DNA of 63,254 nucleotides, filler included, from Octopus bimaculoides (taxonomy: Eukaryota): assembly GCF_001194135.2 (NCBI RefSeq). It is 5 parts of 4 records of this genome, joined end to end, with 100 filler letters (N's around TTAATTAATTAA, not from the genome) between each part and the next. Parts side by side here need not be neighbours in the genome. Positions count along the whole stretch, not along the records: positions 30,017 to 48,229 come from NC_068998.1; positions 48,330 to 57,467 come from NC_069004.1; 3 more parts are not named here. One strand, given 5' to 3'. Under the pieces are notes generated by a model, which ran no database searches, had not been told where the DNA came from, and saw only the letters and a list, made by a program, of their open reading frames with translations. The position numbers were made by a program, and so were the translations under genes. Positions 36,661 through 49,358 of this stretch are shown here, one piece after another; positions within the stretch are counted from its first letter, which is position 1, and every line of letters begins with the position of its first letter.

Positions 36661-36989
36661 TGCTGTGGGTGTGCCCATGTCCTAGACTGTATGAGAGGAA
36701 TGATAGCCCTGACACAGTATTGACTTAGGTTTTTAGTTGTGACGATTATACAAACTCCGGCTGGTCTTTAATTGAATTAATAAGAGCAGGGGCTGAGGAA
36801 TGCAGTTAGGCTTTGTGTTCACAAAATGGTAAATACAAAGATATTGTTAAGTAGGAATTAAATTAGGGCCATCAGATTCGTGTACAAGGTTTTTAGAAAA
36901 ATATGAATTAATAAATGAGTTAATAATTATGGTGATGTTGTCTGTAGGAGGAGAATCAGCGCCAGGCTTATATTATTTTAGTCTTGATT

Positions 36990-37200
36990 TTCTCAATTCT
37001 GATTTTCTTCACTATTACCATTTTTTCCACCACCACAAACTCCTAGACTACCACCAACGCCACCACCTCTGCCATCACCTCCACCGCCATAACCACTGCC
37101 GCTGCCACTGTAACAACACAACGACACCAACAACAACAACGGCAGTTGCCACCATCGTGTCGCCATCACTACGATAGCATCTTCTACTACTACTACTACA

Positions 37201-37268
<68 letters not shown>

Positions 37269-37650
37269 CAAGACACGAGGATGTTACGACCAGCGCCACC
37301 ACAACAACAACCACCACCATAACCACAACCAACACTGCCGCTGCCACAACTACCATCAAGACTCCAAGATGTCACCACTACCATGACATGCACCTAGACG
37401 CCACCATCATTATCCACATTACTATCGCCACCACCTTCACTGCGCACTGCCACCACCACACTTAACGAGTCACCCATCACTATGACAACAATGACACCAT
37501 TACCGACATCAAGACATCACCACTATCGACACTACCACCACATCACTACAACCACCGCGATCACCGTCGCTAACACTACCATCACCACTACCATCACCAC
37601 CACCGCCATCACTGCCAGTGTCACTACTGCCGCCCCCCAACCATACCAAC
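36990..37650. repeat. Trinucleotide low-complexity tract: (CAC/CAT/CCG)n with a perfect (CTA)n core at about 37186-37268
   Basis: Directly visible. Confidence 0.9.
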
Positions 37651-38247
37651 GTTATGAACGGCTAGCAACTCAGGATTATGGTATTTCATTAACCCTACAA
37701 GTGTACTTTATTGGTGATCAATAAGTAATTATTGAAGATCTCTATAGTAATTATTGAAAATCAGTATTACTGATTCTCTTATCACTAATTTTGGAGGAGT
37801 ATATGTTTCGCTGTGGAGATCTAATAAGATCGAAACATGTATTGAGTTATTGCCCGTGCTTGCCTAAATCATATTTCATTGTACGTCATTGAGCCACTTG
37901 TTTGTTTGTTTGTTTTTTGTTTTTTTAATTTAAGAAATAAATTAATTACACTCTCCATGGTTCTTTTCAATGACTGATAATATCTTACCGGCGCCACTCG
38001 AGTAAGGTAATTATTTAATCCATAAACGGGGCCCTAACAGGTAATGCTACTCCGAGCCAGAGCAGACCTCGGAGCGATGACAGCTAAGGAGTAACTCTAC
38101 ATTTCCCACAGCTCCTGAACTTCCGAACTGGAGCCTTGCCACTGGATGCAGTTTATTGTCATACCCAGGACATAAATTGATTAATTAATTAATATTTATC
38201 AAATATTAATTATCTAAGGATTTTTCTTCACTACTTGGAGTATGAAT

Positions 38248-38352
38248 ATGTGGCCTAGTGGTTAGGGTGTTGCACTCACGATCTCTTGATCATAGGTTCG
38301 ATTCCTGAGCAGCGCAGTGCGTTGTGTTCTTGAGCAAAATACTTCATTTTAC
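38248..38352 (+). mobile_element. tRNA-derived SINE head fragment (family C-like)
   Basis: TGGCCTAGTGGTTAGGGTGTTGCACTCACGATC...GGTTCGATTCC...TTGTGTTCTTGAGCAAAA, the same layout as 53802. Confidence 0.75.
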
Positions 38353-38587
38353 GTTGTCTTGCGAGTAGGAAAATAGCAGAATCGTTGGCGCATCGGCAGA
38401 GATGCTTCATGATATATCTTCCAGATTTCTACATTCTGAGTTCAAATCCCACCTGCCCAGAGAAAGCAACAGGAAACCACTCCAGTATTCATCCCAAGTT
38501 CTTTTAAGTGCTTAGGTCTTCCATGGGTCTTAATTTGACCCTGTCTCCACAAAAGGTTTATTGGTCAAATACGAAACTATGGTAAAA

Positions 38588-38802
38588 GGGATCTCTTCAG
38601 TTTCGCTCACAGATTTTTTTTTGATTTATTAAAAATTTTAACTAAACAGTTTGAAGCTTCGCATAGTGGTGTAATTTCTCACGCTGAACACTGTTTACTT
38701 TCAACATTTTTGACAAAATTTCGTATTTTAGAAGTTACTTAGTTGTTTAGTTAAAAAAAAAATTAATTTTAAAAATCTGTAAGCGAAACTGAAGAAGATC
38801 TC
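38588..38802. mobile_element. Palindromic MITE (~215 bp)
   Basis: Arms GATCTCTTCAGTTTCGCTCACAGATTTTT and AAAAATCTGTAAGCGAAACTGAAGAAGATC, plus inner arms TTTTAACTAAACA and TGTTTAGTTAAAA. Confidence 0.75.
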
Positions 38803-40905
38803 TACTCAATGTGCCGGTTAATCGGATCAAACCTTGAACGACGTAGCTACGAAACGAGTATCATAACCACACGACCACGTCTTCTTCGTTGTAAATGTTA
38901 TTGTAATTAAGTTCATGTCTATAGATTTTGTACATGGATTATGTACGGACATATATAGACATGTACACGCATACTATATATGTGTCTATGTCTATCCATA
39001 TGTGTATACCTCTCTTTCTTTCTTTTTCTCTTTCTCTCTCTTCTTCTTAATCTCTTATTCTCACTGTATAACTTCCTCTCCCTCTCTCTCTCTCTCTCCT
39101 TGCGCTTATGTTATTGTCTCTCCTCTTTATTCTCTACCTCTCTCTCCAGCTCATACCCCCAACTCATCCTTCCCCTCTCTCTCTCTCTTTCTCTTTCTCT
39201 TTTTTCTCCCACCTCTTTGACATTTCCATTAGTACAAAATCTCGACCGCTTTGTTCCTGACATCCAGTAAGACAATGAAATGTCAGCACGATCCTGTCCA
39301 CTCAGATGACCAGCCAATAGACCAACCGACCAACCAGCCAACCGATCGGCCAACCGACCAACCAACCGACCGACCGACCAACCGACCAATCAACGAGCTA
39401 AGCAGCCAGCCAACCCACGTAAATGGCCGTTAAGCAATTGCACGATTTGCTAGGAGTAGTAACCAAAATCTCTCTCTCACCCTCTCTCTTTCTCACTCTC
39501 TCTCTCTCTTTCATTCTCCTTCAAACCACACCCATCATTCTTTAACCAACCAGCTATCTTTCACATCCATCCCAATCAGTTGTCAGCCAGCTTTCATCAT
39601 CCCTTAATTTATAATCACCGAAAACCACTACTGTTATTAACCTCTCCAACTCCAACACCACCACCACTGCTATCACCATCACACTTCCATTAACCAACAC
39701 CATCATCACCACCACTAGTACCACTAGCATCATACCTCATCATACCGCCATCACACCCTCATCACCTCTACTTCTATCATCTTCCTCCCTACTAATTGTT
39801 GGTATTCAGGAATATTTTTCTTATATATTGTCACGCTGACCTGGTACTGAGTAACAACAACGACACCAAAGCCAAACTGTGTCTCTCCTCAACAAAGTAC
39901 ATAAAACAGTACGTTATACATCATAAGAAGTTGTACACAGATCACACTTCCACAACACCTATACTGTAAAACTAAAATACAAATAAACTAGTAGGTCCAT
40001 ATGGACATACTAAGGGCAAAATTCGTTGCTGCAGTAAACTCAGACCCCACAGTTCTTGTTACTACACATTTAATTACTACCAAACTACCCAGACATATGT
40101 GCAACGTCTCACAACACCATCCTGACAACACTATTTCTCCCTCTCATTCCAGACCCCAACACAGTACTTAACAACAAATTCCGCCGAGGTCGACTTTGCC
40201 TTTCATCCTTTCGGAGTCGTTAAAACAAGTAACATTTGAGCACTGAAGTCATTTAAGCGNNNNNNNNNNNNNNNNNNNNNNNNNNNNNNNNNNNNNNNNN
40301 NNNNNNNNNNNNNNNNNNNNNNNNNNNNNNNNNNNNNNNNNNNNNNNNNNNNNNNNNNNNAAAAAAAATTGCTGGCATTGTGCCAGAATTTTAAACCATT
40401 ATATAAATAACGTAATGCTTATGCCCCCTATTTTGTGGCCAATACTAGAACCCACTGGAACAGATGACCCCACCTTCCACACCGCCTCCAGGTCCTTGGA
40501 AGCTTATAACGGTATACACTTTGTTTCAAAGCAACTGGATTAGATCTTTCGTTTGAAGACGATTTCTCTTTACCCAACAAATCACTAATGACTTAAAAAA
40601 GACTCATAAACGCGTAGTTTCCTCTCTGACTAAATACTTAAGAAATACCCCATTACACTCCATAGTCATAAACTACGGTTTGACGGAATTTATTAAACAG
40701 TATATGCTGGAGAATACGTATATCTTGGAGTATAGACCTACAGAATCAGACTTTATTTATCTTTGCCGACAAATTACATAGATAACAGGTTTACTGGACA
40801 AAAGAATTTGGCGGTTATAGAAATGATAGAGTAAGGCTACCTAACATGTCTGAGAATCACTTGTTGGTGTTCTTGTCAATGTTATTCTTGTCATTGATAT
40901 TGTTG

Positions 40906-40937
<32 letters not shown>

Positions 40938-41492
40938 GGTGCTATTGTTATTGCTGTTCTTTTGTTGTTATTAATATGGCTTTGTTGTCATTGTCCTTGT
41001 TGTTGCTGCTTCTGGTGTTCGATAAATCACAAGTCAGACCTGTAGTCAGACACCTTGAAGCCATAACCATTCCCCAGACTTCTTTCGTTAGTTTCAGGAA
41101 TAGTGTAACTAGGACTACATCCCCCCCAATGTGTCATTCATTTCAAATATAAAACCCTGTTTCGGGAGAGATATGGCTATTATTTAAAGCAGCATGGAAA
41201 ACAACGCAGAAGATCCCACATTCACTCCTCACATGTAGCTAAGGGTCTATGTTTAGCGATGCTGGTGGCGGTTGGGGAAGTGGCAGAACAGATCTGGCTA
41301 AGTAAGAAGTTCTCTTCGCAATCACGACGTTCCTGGTTCGACTTCACGCGACACCTTCATCAAGTTTCTTTCGTCGTGGCCCACTCAAACGTCATGAATG
41401 AAAACGGACAGAAGTAAATTGGGTTTCGGACCGTCAAATGGTCAACAGCTGTAAATCAATATTCTTTTCCCTTATCCCACAATGTCACGCTG

Positions 41493-41543
<51 letters not shown>

Positions 41544-41861
41544 TGAGATTAAGTTAAAAGTACATATCTGTGCAATATTCAGCCACTTCGACATTTCGCC
41601 ATGGTTGGTGGTGCTGGTGATGATGATGATGATATGGATGATGTTGGTGATGGTAGTGGTGGTGATGGTGATGGTGGTGGTGGTGGCAGCGGCGGTGGTG
41701 TATGGTCGTGCTGGAGGCGGCATGTCTCTATCTATTGGACATGTCTAATAAGGTGGACAGGAAAAACATGTCAATGACATTTCCAGTCAGAACCAGTGGC
41801 GGATTAGCAGCTGCTGCTTCTTCATATGTACTTTAATGTGTGTGTCTTTATATATATAAAC

Positions 41862-41940
<79 letters not shown>

Positions 41941-42689
41941 TACATACATACATACACAGGCTTACATATATACATGCATAGATACTGACCAACACGTACA
42001 CCCACACATGCTTAGACGCATTTGTATTCTTCTCCTCCTTCTTCTTCTTCTTCTTCTTCTTCTTCTTCTTCTTCTTCTTCTTCTTCTTCTTCTTCGTCGT
42101 GGATTGATGGATGGATGGTGGATGTAATAGTGAACATTTCTGTGTTTACAGTCGATGTAAAACCTACTCAATAAACAAGAGAGTGTGTGTGTGTGTGCGT
42201 TTTTGTGTGTGTGTTTGCGTTTGTGTGTGCGCGCGCATGCGTATATAACATTAGTCTCAAAATACGTCACAAACTCATCTAAAGAAACTGGTATATTCAT
42301 GCAAACGTGTGCTAAAATCGCATGTTTTTATCATGTGTGACACCCTTATGTTGTGTGTTCTAAACATATGAAACTGAAAAGATGAAAATGTCAAGTATTT
42401 TGCACGTGAATGGATGAGTATATCACGTGTTTTATGTAATTCAATGTGCATGTATAAATGTGTAAAGCATTTAATAACAGGTTTTAGCAACCAAGCAAAC
42501 ATAACGATTGATTATATTTTACAAATATTTTTGTTTATATTTTGTCGCGCTACTTCCTTGCTGCAATGATTTAATTAATCGGTGATACAACTTTGATTTA
42601 TGGTTCAGGAGAACTTATATTCCAATAAAAGATTAACTACGCTAACAGCATTTATAATGTACTCCTGTGGAATGCGTTTGTGTCTTATT

Positions 42690-43076
42690 ACAGAGGCGTG
42701 GATGCATGGTAAGTTTACTTCTCAATGGCATAATTCTGGGTTCAGTTCCACTGAGGGTCATCTTGGGCAAGTGAATTCTCAGGCCAACTAAAGTTCTCGG
42801 AGAAGATTTGATTGACGGAAACTGAAAGAAGCCTGTCGTATATGTGTGTGTGTGTGAGTTTGTGCCTGTGGTTGTTCTCCACTACTTGATACCCGATGTT
42901 GGTGTGTTTACGTCCCATAACTTAGCGGTTGGGTGAAAGACATCAGTTGAATATGTACAAGGCTTTGCAAAAATAAGTCCTGGGATTCATTCCTTCGACT
43001 AAAATTCTTCAAGGCGGTGCTCCAGCATGGCCACAGTCTAATGGCTGAAATAAGTAAAACATAAAAGATAAAAGAT
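42690..43076 (+). mobile_element. Diverged full-length SINE family A copy
   Basis: Head, GACGGAAACTGAAAGAAGCCTGTCG, (TG)n, ...TAACTTAGCGG...GCGGTGCTCCAGCATGGCCACAGTC, then an (AAAAGAT) tail. Confidence 0.85.
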
Positions 43077-43269
43077 ACAAATGCGCCCACTCATACACAC
43101 ACACACGCACACACATTGGGACACATACTCACACGCACAAACACACACATTATATTTTGTCTTACTGGTACCAGTCATTCGACTTCCACTAAGCTGGGGA
43201 GTGTCTTGGAGTCGAACGAATTGTCCCCAGTTCTTATTTTTGCGTCGAAAACTGATCGGTGTATAGATG

Positions 43270-43490
43270 ATTGGTTTTTCCCTTGTTTTCAACATGAATT
43301 TCCTCTGATGTGGGTACCGACTAAACACCTCTCTCTGGGAGTTTAAGAAAGTTCCTGGGTCAAGCGTTTTCCAGGATTCTCGCCTTCTCAGCCAAGCATA
43401 GCTTACATCGTTTGCTTCCTTTAAGGTACGGTTCCGGTTCCACAAACCTCCATTTAATTATGTATGGTGTATTCTCTCTTGTAAACGAAA
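43270..43490 (-). mobile_element. Penelope-like element 3' end (GIY-YIG C-terminus)
   Basis: Minus strand: ENTPYIIKWRF...PYLKGSKRCKLCL.EK...DPGTFLNSQREVFSRYPHQRKFMLK. Confidence 0.75.
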
Positions 43491-43515
43491 TACGTAGCAG
43501 ACCAGGGACATGATG

Positions 43516-43551
<36 letters not shown>

Positions 43552-43756
43552 CGTAATACACACACACACATTCGTACTCTATACAGTACACCGTGATTTG
43601 TCCTAGAAAGATATTTTTCGTCAAAAGTGCTCAATAGATGTTCTAATAAATTCGAATTATTTAAAGTAGTACACAAACTTACATGTATGCATTCATACAT
43701 ACCTACATATATGTGCATATGTATATATACACACAATCTGACAATCATACGTGTAT

Positions 43757-43812
<56 letters not shown>

Positions 43813-44229
43813 GCTAACATGATACCGGTCAAGTATCGTGGTGTTTATATATTAGTCTCCTTTCAGCATCTGTTGACCTTTCTGCTTCAAGCTTCGCTAC
43901 ATTGTCTTGTCTCTCGTTTTTTCTTTCGGTTTTTCCTCTTCAGTTTTACCTCCAGCGATTTTTCTGTTTCTTCTTGTGCTTCTTGTTATGTTATAAGACT
44001 TCTCTTTAATCAACTTTGTGAATAACTGACGTAATTTCCACGTCACTCTGCGCCAAACTATCGTGTAGTCAGACTGTATGCAGTGTTCCAGTAATTTTGC
44101 AATGTCGATTCTTTTTCTAAATTTTTTACCATCCTTATAATTCAAAATGACATGAAGTAATAAAAGAAAACATCTTTTTTTAAAAGTGGTGCAGAAATTT
44201 TAGTTAATTAATAGATGAGAACGAGACTT

Positions 44230-44430
44230 CTTAATAGCACGTGGTTACTAAATTTATGGCGTATAAAAAATATAAGCTGATTTTGAGGAACAAAAACCAA
44301 AACCTAAATTGCAACAGTTTTCTTCTTCAAAAACATGACTCTAAAATGGCGAAGAGGAAACACCTAAAACTTGGTCTCACATAAAACCTAGAAGTCGTAT
44401 ATAAGTGGTTCATTCAACAGCGATGTCGTG
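44230..44430 (+). mobile_element. pogo/Tigger (CENP-B HTH) transposase fragment
   Basis: KRKHLK...LEVVYKWFIQQR resembles the Tigger L..ALY.WF.Q.R helix. Confidence 0.45.
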
Positions 44431-45473
44431 TTATTAATGTATGAAGTCTGGGGTTAGGGTATCAAGTCGAATATTAGTCTATGAAGTCACGTGTTAATGT
44501 ATAAAATTGAAATCTGCATGTAAAATCGCGTAAAACTCAATTTCTTCGACTACCATACTTTAAGGCGGTACTCCAGCATGATCGCAGTTAAATGACTCAA
44601 ACAAGTACAAGAATGAAAGAATGTAAAAGATAGATAAATAGATAGACACAGACATACATTCCTACATCTTTTTATTCATTTTCTATATGTATGTCTATAT
44701 ACATACATTTATACACACATGTATAAGTGTGTGTGTGTGTGTATGTATCTATGTCTATATATATATATGTATATATGTATGTATATATATATATATGTAT
44801 ATATGTATGTATATNNNNNNNNNNCGAGGAAAGAGTTCATGGAGTACTCACTCTGATCCTCCAACTCCATACTTTGAGGGTTCACTCATATCTTCCCACT
44901 CATCGACAGATTGCTTGGTGATGGTGTTGTGGGGGGATGGAGCTGTAGTAATGGTAGTTTTATGAGTGATGGAGATGATGCTGGCGGCGATAGTTATATT
45001 CGTTATATGAAGTTACAGTGGTGGTGGTGGTGGTGTCGATGCTGGAGATGGTATAGCTCTTCTTTGGATGGTAGGGTGTAGTGAGAGAATATTTCCAATG
45101 AGACCTTGGTATTTATGTTTTTGTAGATGATTGATTGAGATTTAGCTGTTATTACCAGCAAATCGATCGAACACGTAGACGAACCAGCTTTGTTGTTGCT
45201 GTTGCTATTCCTCTCCGTCAATGGTTCTTAACCAGGGTCCATATGGCCCTTGAAGGTCCATATAAGATTTTGGGGTACCCACGCAGCAAAATAGTAAATT
45301 GCGGATCCATAATAGTATGCTAAGGGCTCCTGAAAAAGTTTATATATGCATATATGGGTACGGGACGTCACCAACTGTAAACAACATGAAGTACGAAGGA
45401 GGGGAGGGCAGCGGCAGCAGGGACAACGGTGGAGTGATGTTCTGAGGTAGTCTTCTGGAGAGGTTGTCTAGAT

Positions 45474-45733
45474 CAGGGGTTTTCAAACTGTGGTCCGCAA
45501 GGACAAGACAGGGGGTCCGTGGACAGCAAATACTTTTTATGGGCAATTTGATTTTATATATGTTTTTTAATCGAAATCTTTTAATTGACAATAAACCTAT
45601 TTGTTAAATACTATTAAATAAATAAATGTAAAAATATGTTATTTTAAGCAAATATTTATGTATAAATTTCATAAGCATTTATAAGACCTGAAATATAAAG
45701 GGGTCCGCAGGTCAAAAAGTTTGAAAACCCCTG
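45474..45733. mobile_element. hAT-Charlie-type MITE, 260 bp, with perfect 8-bp target-site duplication GTCTAGAT
   Basis: TIRs CAGGGGTTTTCAAACT and AGTTTGAAAACCCCTG; GTCTAGAT at 45466-73 and 45734-41 (the NTCTAGAN preference of Charlie elements). Confidence 0.95.
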
Positions 45734-46228
45734 GTCTAGATTAACGTCCTGAGATGTTGTTCTGGGTGGTCTTCTGGTCTGATATCTTTGGGAGGTGTTC
45801 TAGGGCAATGTTCTGCGCTGGTCTTCTTGGAAGACGTTCTGGTGTGGCATTCTAGGATGTTATACATATCTCCTTTGGATTGACTTCTATCGATTCTGCC
45901 AGCACGCCGCCTCATGCTTTTTGATTGAATATTAATAAGAACATAGATATCTATGATTTTGTAATGATTTTACAAAATATTACATGTAATCCATGCACTT
46001 CTCATCTTTCTCGCCAACCTCCGAAAACCTCTCTCGCCAATCTCCAACAATCTCTCCCTCCTCCAGCTGACAGTTTTTGTATTTTTTCGTGACGGAAAAT
46101 ACACCTTTTGTGGCATTTATAATGAAATTGCTTTCTTATATCAGAGTAATAAGGCGTTTCAATAGAACATCTTTACCTCCCGGGAATTACCGGGTATACC
46201 AACTAGTATATACATATACACGCATGTA

Positions 46229-46680
46229 TGTTGGCACTCCGTCGCTTACGATGTCGAGGGTTCCAGTTGATCCAATCAACGGAACAGCCTGCTCGTGAAA
46301 TTAACGTGCAAGTGGCTGAGCACTCCACAGACATGTGTACCCTTAACGTAGTTCTCGGGGATATTCAGCGTGACACAGTGTGACAAGGCTGACNNNNNNN
46401 NNNCATGTGTACCCTTAACGTAGTTCTCGGGGATATTCAGCGTGACACAGTGTGACAAGGCTGACCCTTTGAATTACAGGCACAACAGAAACAGGAAGTA
46501 AGAGTGAGGGAAAGTTGTGGTGAAAGAGTACAGCAGGGTTCACCACCATCCCCTGCCGGAGCCTCGTGGTGCTTTCAGGTGTTTCCGCTCAATAAACACT
46601 CACAACGCCCGTCTGGGAATCGAAACCGCGATCCTATGACCGCGAGTCCGCTGCCCTAACCACTGGGCCATTGGGCCTCC
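46229..46680 (-). mobile_element. tRNA-derived SINE family B (resembles octopus OK/OR-type SINEs), full length
   Basis: Head GGAGGCCCAATGGCCCAGTGGTTAGGGCAGCGGACTCGCGGTCATAGGATCGCGGTTTCGATTCCCAG has A and B boxes but no tRNA acceptor stem or CCA, and is followed by about 380 bp of body. Confidence 0.9.
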
Positions 46681-46732
46681 ACACACGCATGTATATACAT
46701 ATACATAAATGTACGCGCGCGCGCACACATAT

Positions 46733-46858
46733 ACGACGGGCTTCTTTCAGTTTTCTTCTGCCAAATCCACTAACAAGGCTTTGGTCGGCCCGAGGCTATT
46801 GTAGAAGACTCCTATCCAAGGTGCCATGCAGTGGGACTGAACTCGGAACCATGTGCTT
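46733..46858 (-). mobile_element. SINE family A core, truncated by a gap
   Basis: ACGACGGGCTTCTTTCAGTTT...CAGTGGGACTGAAC..GAACCATG. Confidence 0.9.
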
Positions 46859-48069
46859 NNNNNNNNNNNNNNNNNNNNNNNNNNNNNNNNNNNNNNNNNN
46901 NNNNNNNNNNNNNNNNNNNNNNNNNNNNNNNNNNNNNNNNNNNNNNNNNNNNNNNNNNNNNNNNNNNNNNNNNNNNNNNNNNNNNNNNNNNNNNNNNNNN
47001 NNNNNNNNNNNNNNNNNNNNNNNNNNNNNNNNNNNNNNNNNNNNNNNNNNNNNNNNNNNNNNNNNNNNNNNNNNNNNNNNNNNNNNNNNNNNNNNNNNNN
47101 NNNNNNNNNNNNNNNNNNNNNNNNNNNNNNNNNNNNNNNNNNNNNNNNNNNNNNNNNNNNNNNNNNNNNNNNNNNNNNNNNNNNNNNNNNNNNNNNNNNN
47201 NNNNNNNNNNNNNNNNNNNNNNNNNNNNNNNNNNNNNNNNNNNNNNNNNNNNNNNNNNNNNNNNNNNNNNNNNNNNNNNNNNNNNNNNNNNNNNNNNNNN
47301 NNNNNNNNNNNNNNNNNNNNNNNNNNNNNNNNNNNNNNNNNNNNNNNNNNNNNNNNNNNNNNNNNNNNNNNNNNNNNNNNNNNNNNNNNNNNNNNNNNNN
47401 NNNNNNNNNNNNNNNNNNNNNNNNNNNNNNNNNNNNNNNNNNNNNNNNNNNNNNNNNNNNNNNNNNNNNNNNNNNNNNNNNNNNNNNNNNNNNNNNNNNN
47501 NNNNNNNNNNNNNNNNNNNNNNNNNNNNNNNNNNNNNNNNNNNNNNNNNNNNNNNNNNNNNNNNNNNNNNNNNNNNNNNNNNNNNNNNNNNNNNNNNNNN
47601 NNNNNNNNNNNNNNNNNNNNNNNNNNNNNNNNNNNNNNNNNNNNNNNNNNNNNNNNNNNNNNNNNNNNNNNNNNNNNNNNNNNNNNNNNNNNNNNNNNNN
47701 NNNNNCCCTTTCGTACAATGCCGCCAACAACAAGAGATTAGAAGGGATGAAGTGTTAATTAAGAGCAATCAGACTGTTCTTCTGTCCACTTGAAGCTGTC
47801 TATCCACTGTCGCCATTGTTGATGGCATCATTGTTATTGGTGGCTGAGGCGGAAGCTGATAGGTGTGACAGTGGTGGAGACGCTTAGGAAGATCACCGCT
47901 ATTTACACCCCCCTCCTTTTTACTACACCAGCGTCTTGCCATTTAACAGACAATTATAAGCGACACAAATATAATGCGCGCGCACACACACGCAAATATA
48001 ACGGGCGCGAGCGCGCGGGCACACGCATACACACACAAACAGACATACACACACCACATTCAAAGATAT

Positions 48070-48229
48070 ACATACTCTTTTACTCTTTTACTTGTTTCAG
48101 TCTTTTGACTGTGGCCATGCTGGAGCACCACCTTTAGTCGAGCAAATCGACCCCAGGACTTATTCTTTAGAAGCCTAGTACTTATTCTATCGGTCTCTAT
48201 TGCCGAACCGCTAAGTTACGAGGACATAA
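48070..48229 (-). mobile_element. SINE family A 3' half, ending at a scaffold joint
   Basis: TACTCTTTTACTCTTTTACTTGTTTCAGTC...GCCGAACCGCTAAGTTACG. Confidence 0.9.
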
Positions 48230-48329
48230 NNNNNNNNNNNNNNNNNNNNNNNNNNNNNNNNNNNNNNNNNNNNTTAATTAATTAANNNNNNNNNNNNNNN
48301 NNNNNNNNNNNNNNNNNNNNNNNNNNNNN
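48230..48329. other. Synthetic scaffold joint (44 N + TTAATTAATTAA + 44 N)
   Basis: Identical 100-bp structure. Confidence 0.95.
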
Positions 48330-48985
48330 TATAAATATATATAAAATTTTTATTTCCCGTAAATTACTTTTGAACGCGCATTCTGATGAAATTTTAGCCT
48401 ATACCTGTGCGAGTTAATTTCTTTTTTGCTAAATATACCTAAACCTCTAATATTTCACTAATATTAATAAATAATAAACCTGACTGTTTTTGTAAGTTAT
48501 TTTATTTAATTGTTATCAATATTTTATGAATATATCTCTAGTACTAATATTTATACTGAGGATATAACTCAGTGATGTGATAATCATTATATGGAATAAA
48601 TTATTTTTTATTTTTATTCTATTTTTTCTTTATTTAGTTATTGGACATCTTTTGCGATAATTATCTAATATAACTTATTATGTTCATATATATTCATTAA
48701 TTATATATATGCGTGATGAATATATATACATATGTGTATGTATATATGCATATATATGTGTATATGTGTATGTGTATATATATATCTCTATATATATGTA
48801 TGAATATGTGTGTATGTATGAGTATGTATATGTCTATCTATTTATATCCAAATGTTTACCTATCTTTTCTATCTATATGTTTATATATTTTTACTTTAAT
48901 TTTTATTCATCTTTATATTTTTATATTTATAGATATTTATCTACCTTTAGTGTTTATGTGTGTGTATATACATATGGTTGTATGA

Positions 48986-49046
<61 letters not shown>

Positions 49047-49315
49047 CATTAATGTGTGTATATGTGTATATATATGTATATATACATATTCTTTTTATCC
49101 TTATGCTTTTTTATTTATTTATATCCAATGTTTATATATCGTTGTTTTGACTATATGTTTATATATCTTTGCTTTAATTTTTCTTTATCCCTATCTTTAT
49201 AGTCTTATATTTGTGGATATTTATCACCATATTAGTTTTTATGTGTGTGTATGTGCCTATGTTGTGTATATATGCATATAAATTTGTATATGTGACTATC
49301 TATTTATATGTTTAA

Positions 49316-49358
<43 letters not shown>

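Noticed and set aside
36929-37724. Poly-Val, poly-Ser and poly-Thr/His ORFs
   Set aside because: They are products of trinucleotide repeats, with no splice context or domain.
46332-46465. Perfect 62-bp tandem duplication inside SINE B
   Set aside because: The two copies are identical and separated by a 10-N gap, the typical artefact of an unmerged contig overlap.
46610-46680. tRNA gene (also the heads at 38248 and 53802)
   Set aside because: A and B boxes are present, but there is no acceptor stem or terminator and each continues into a SINE body.
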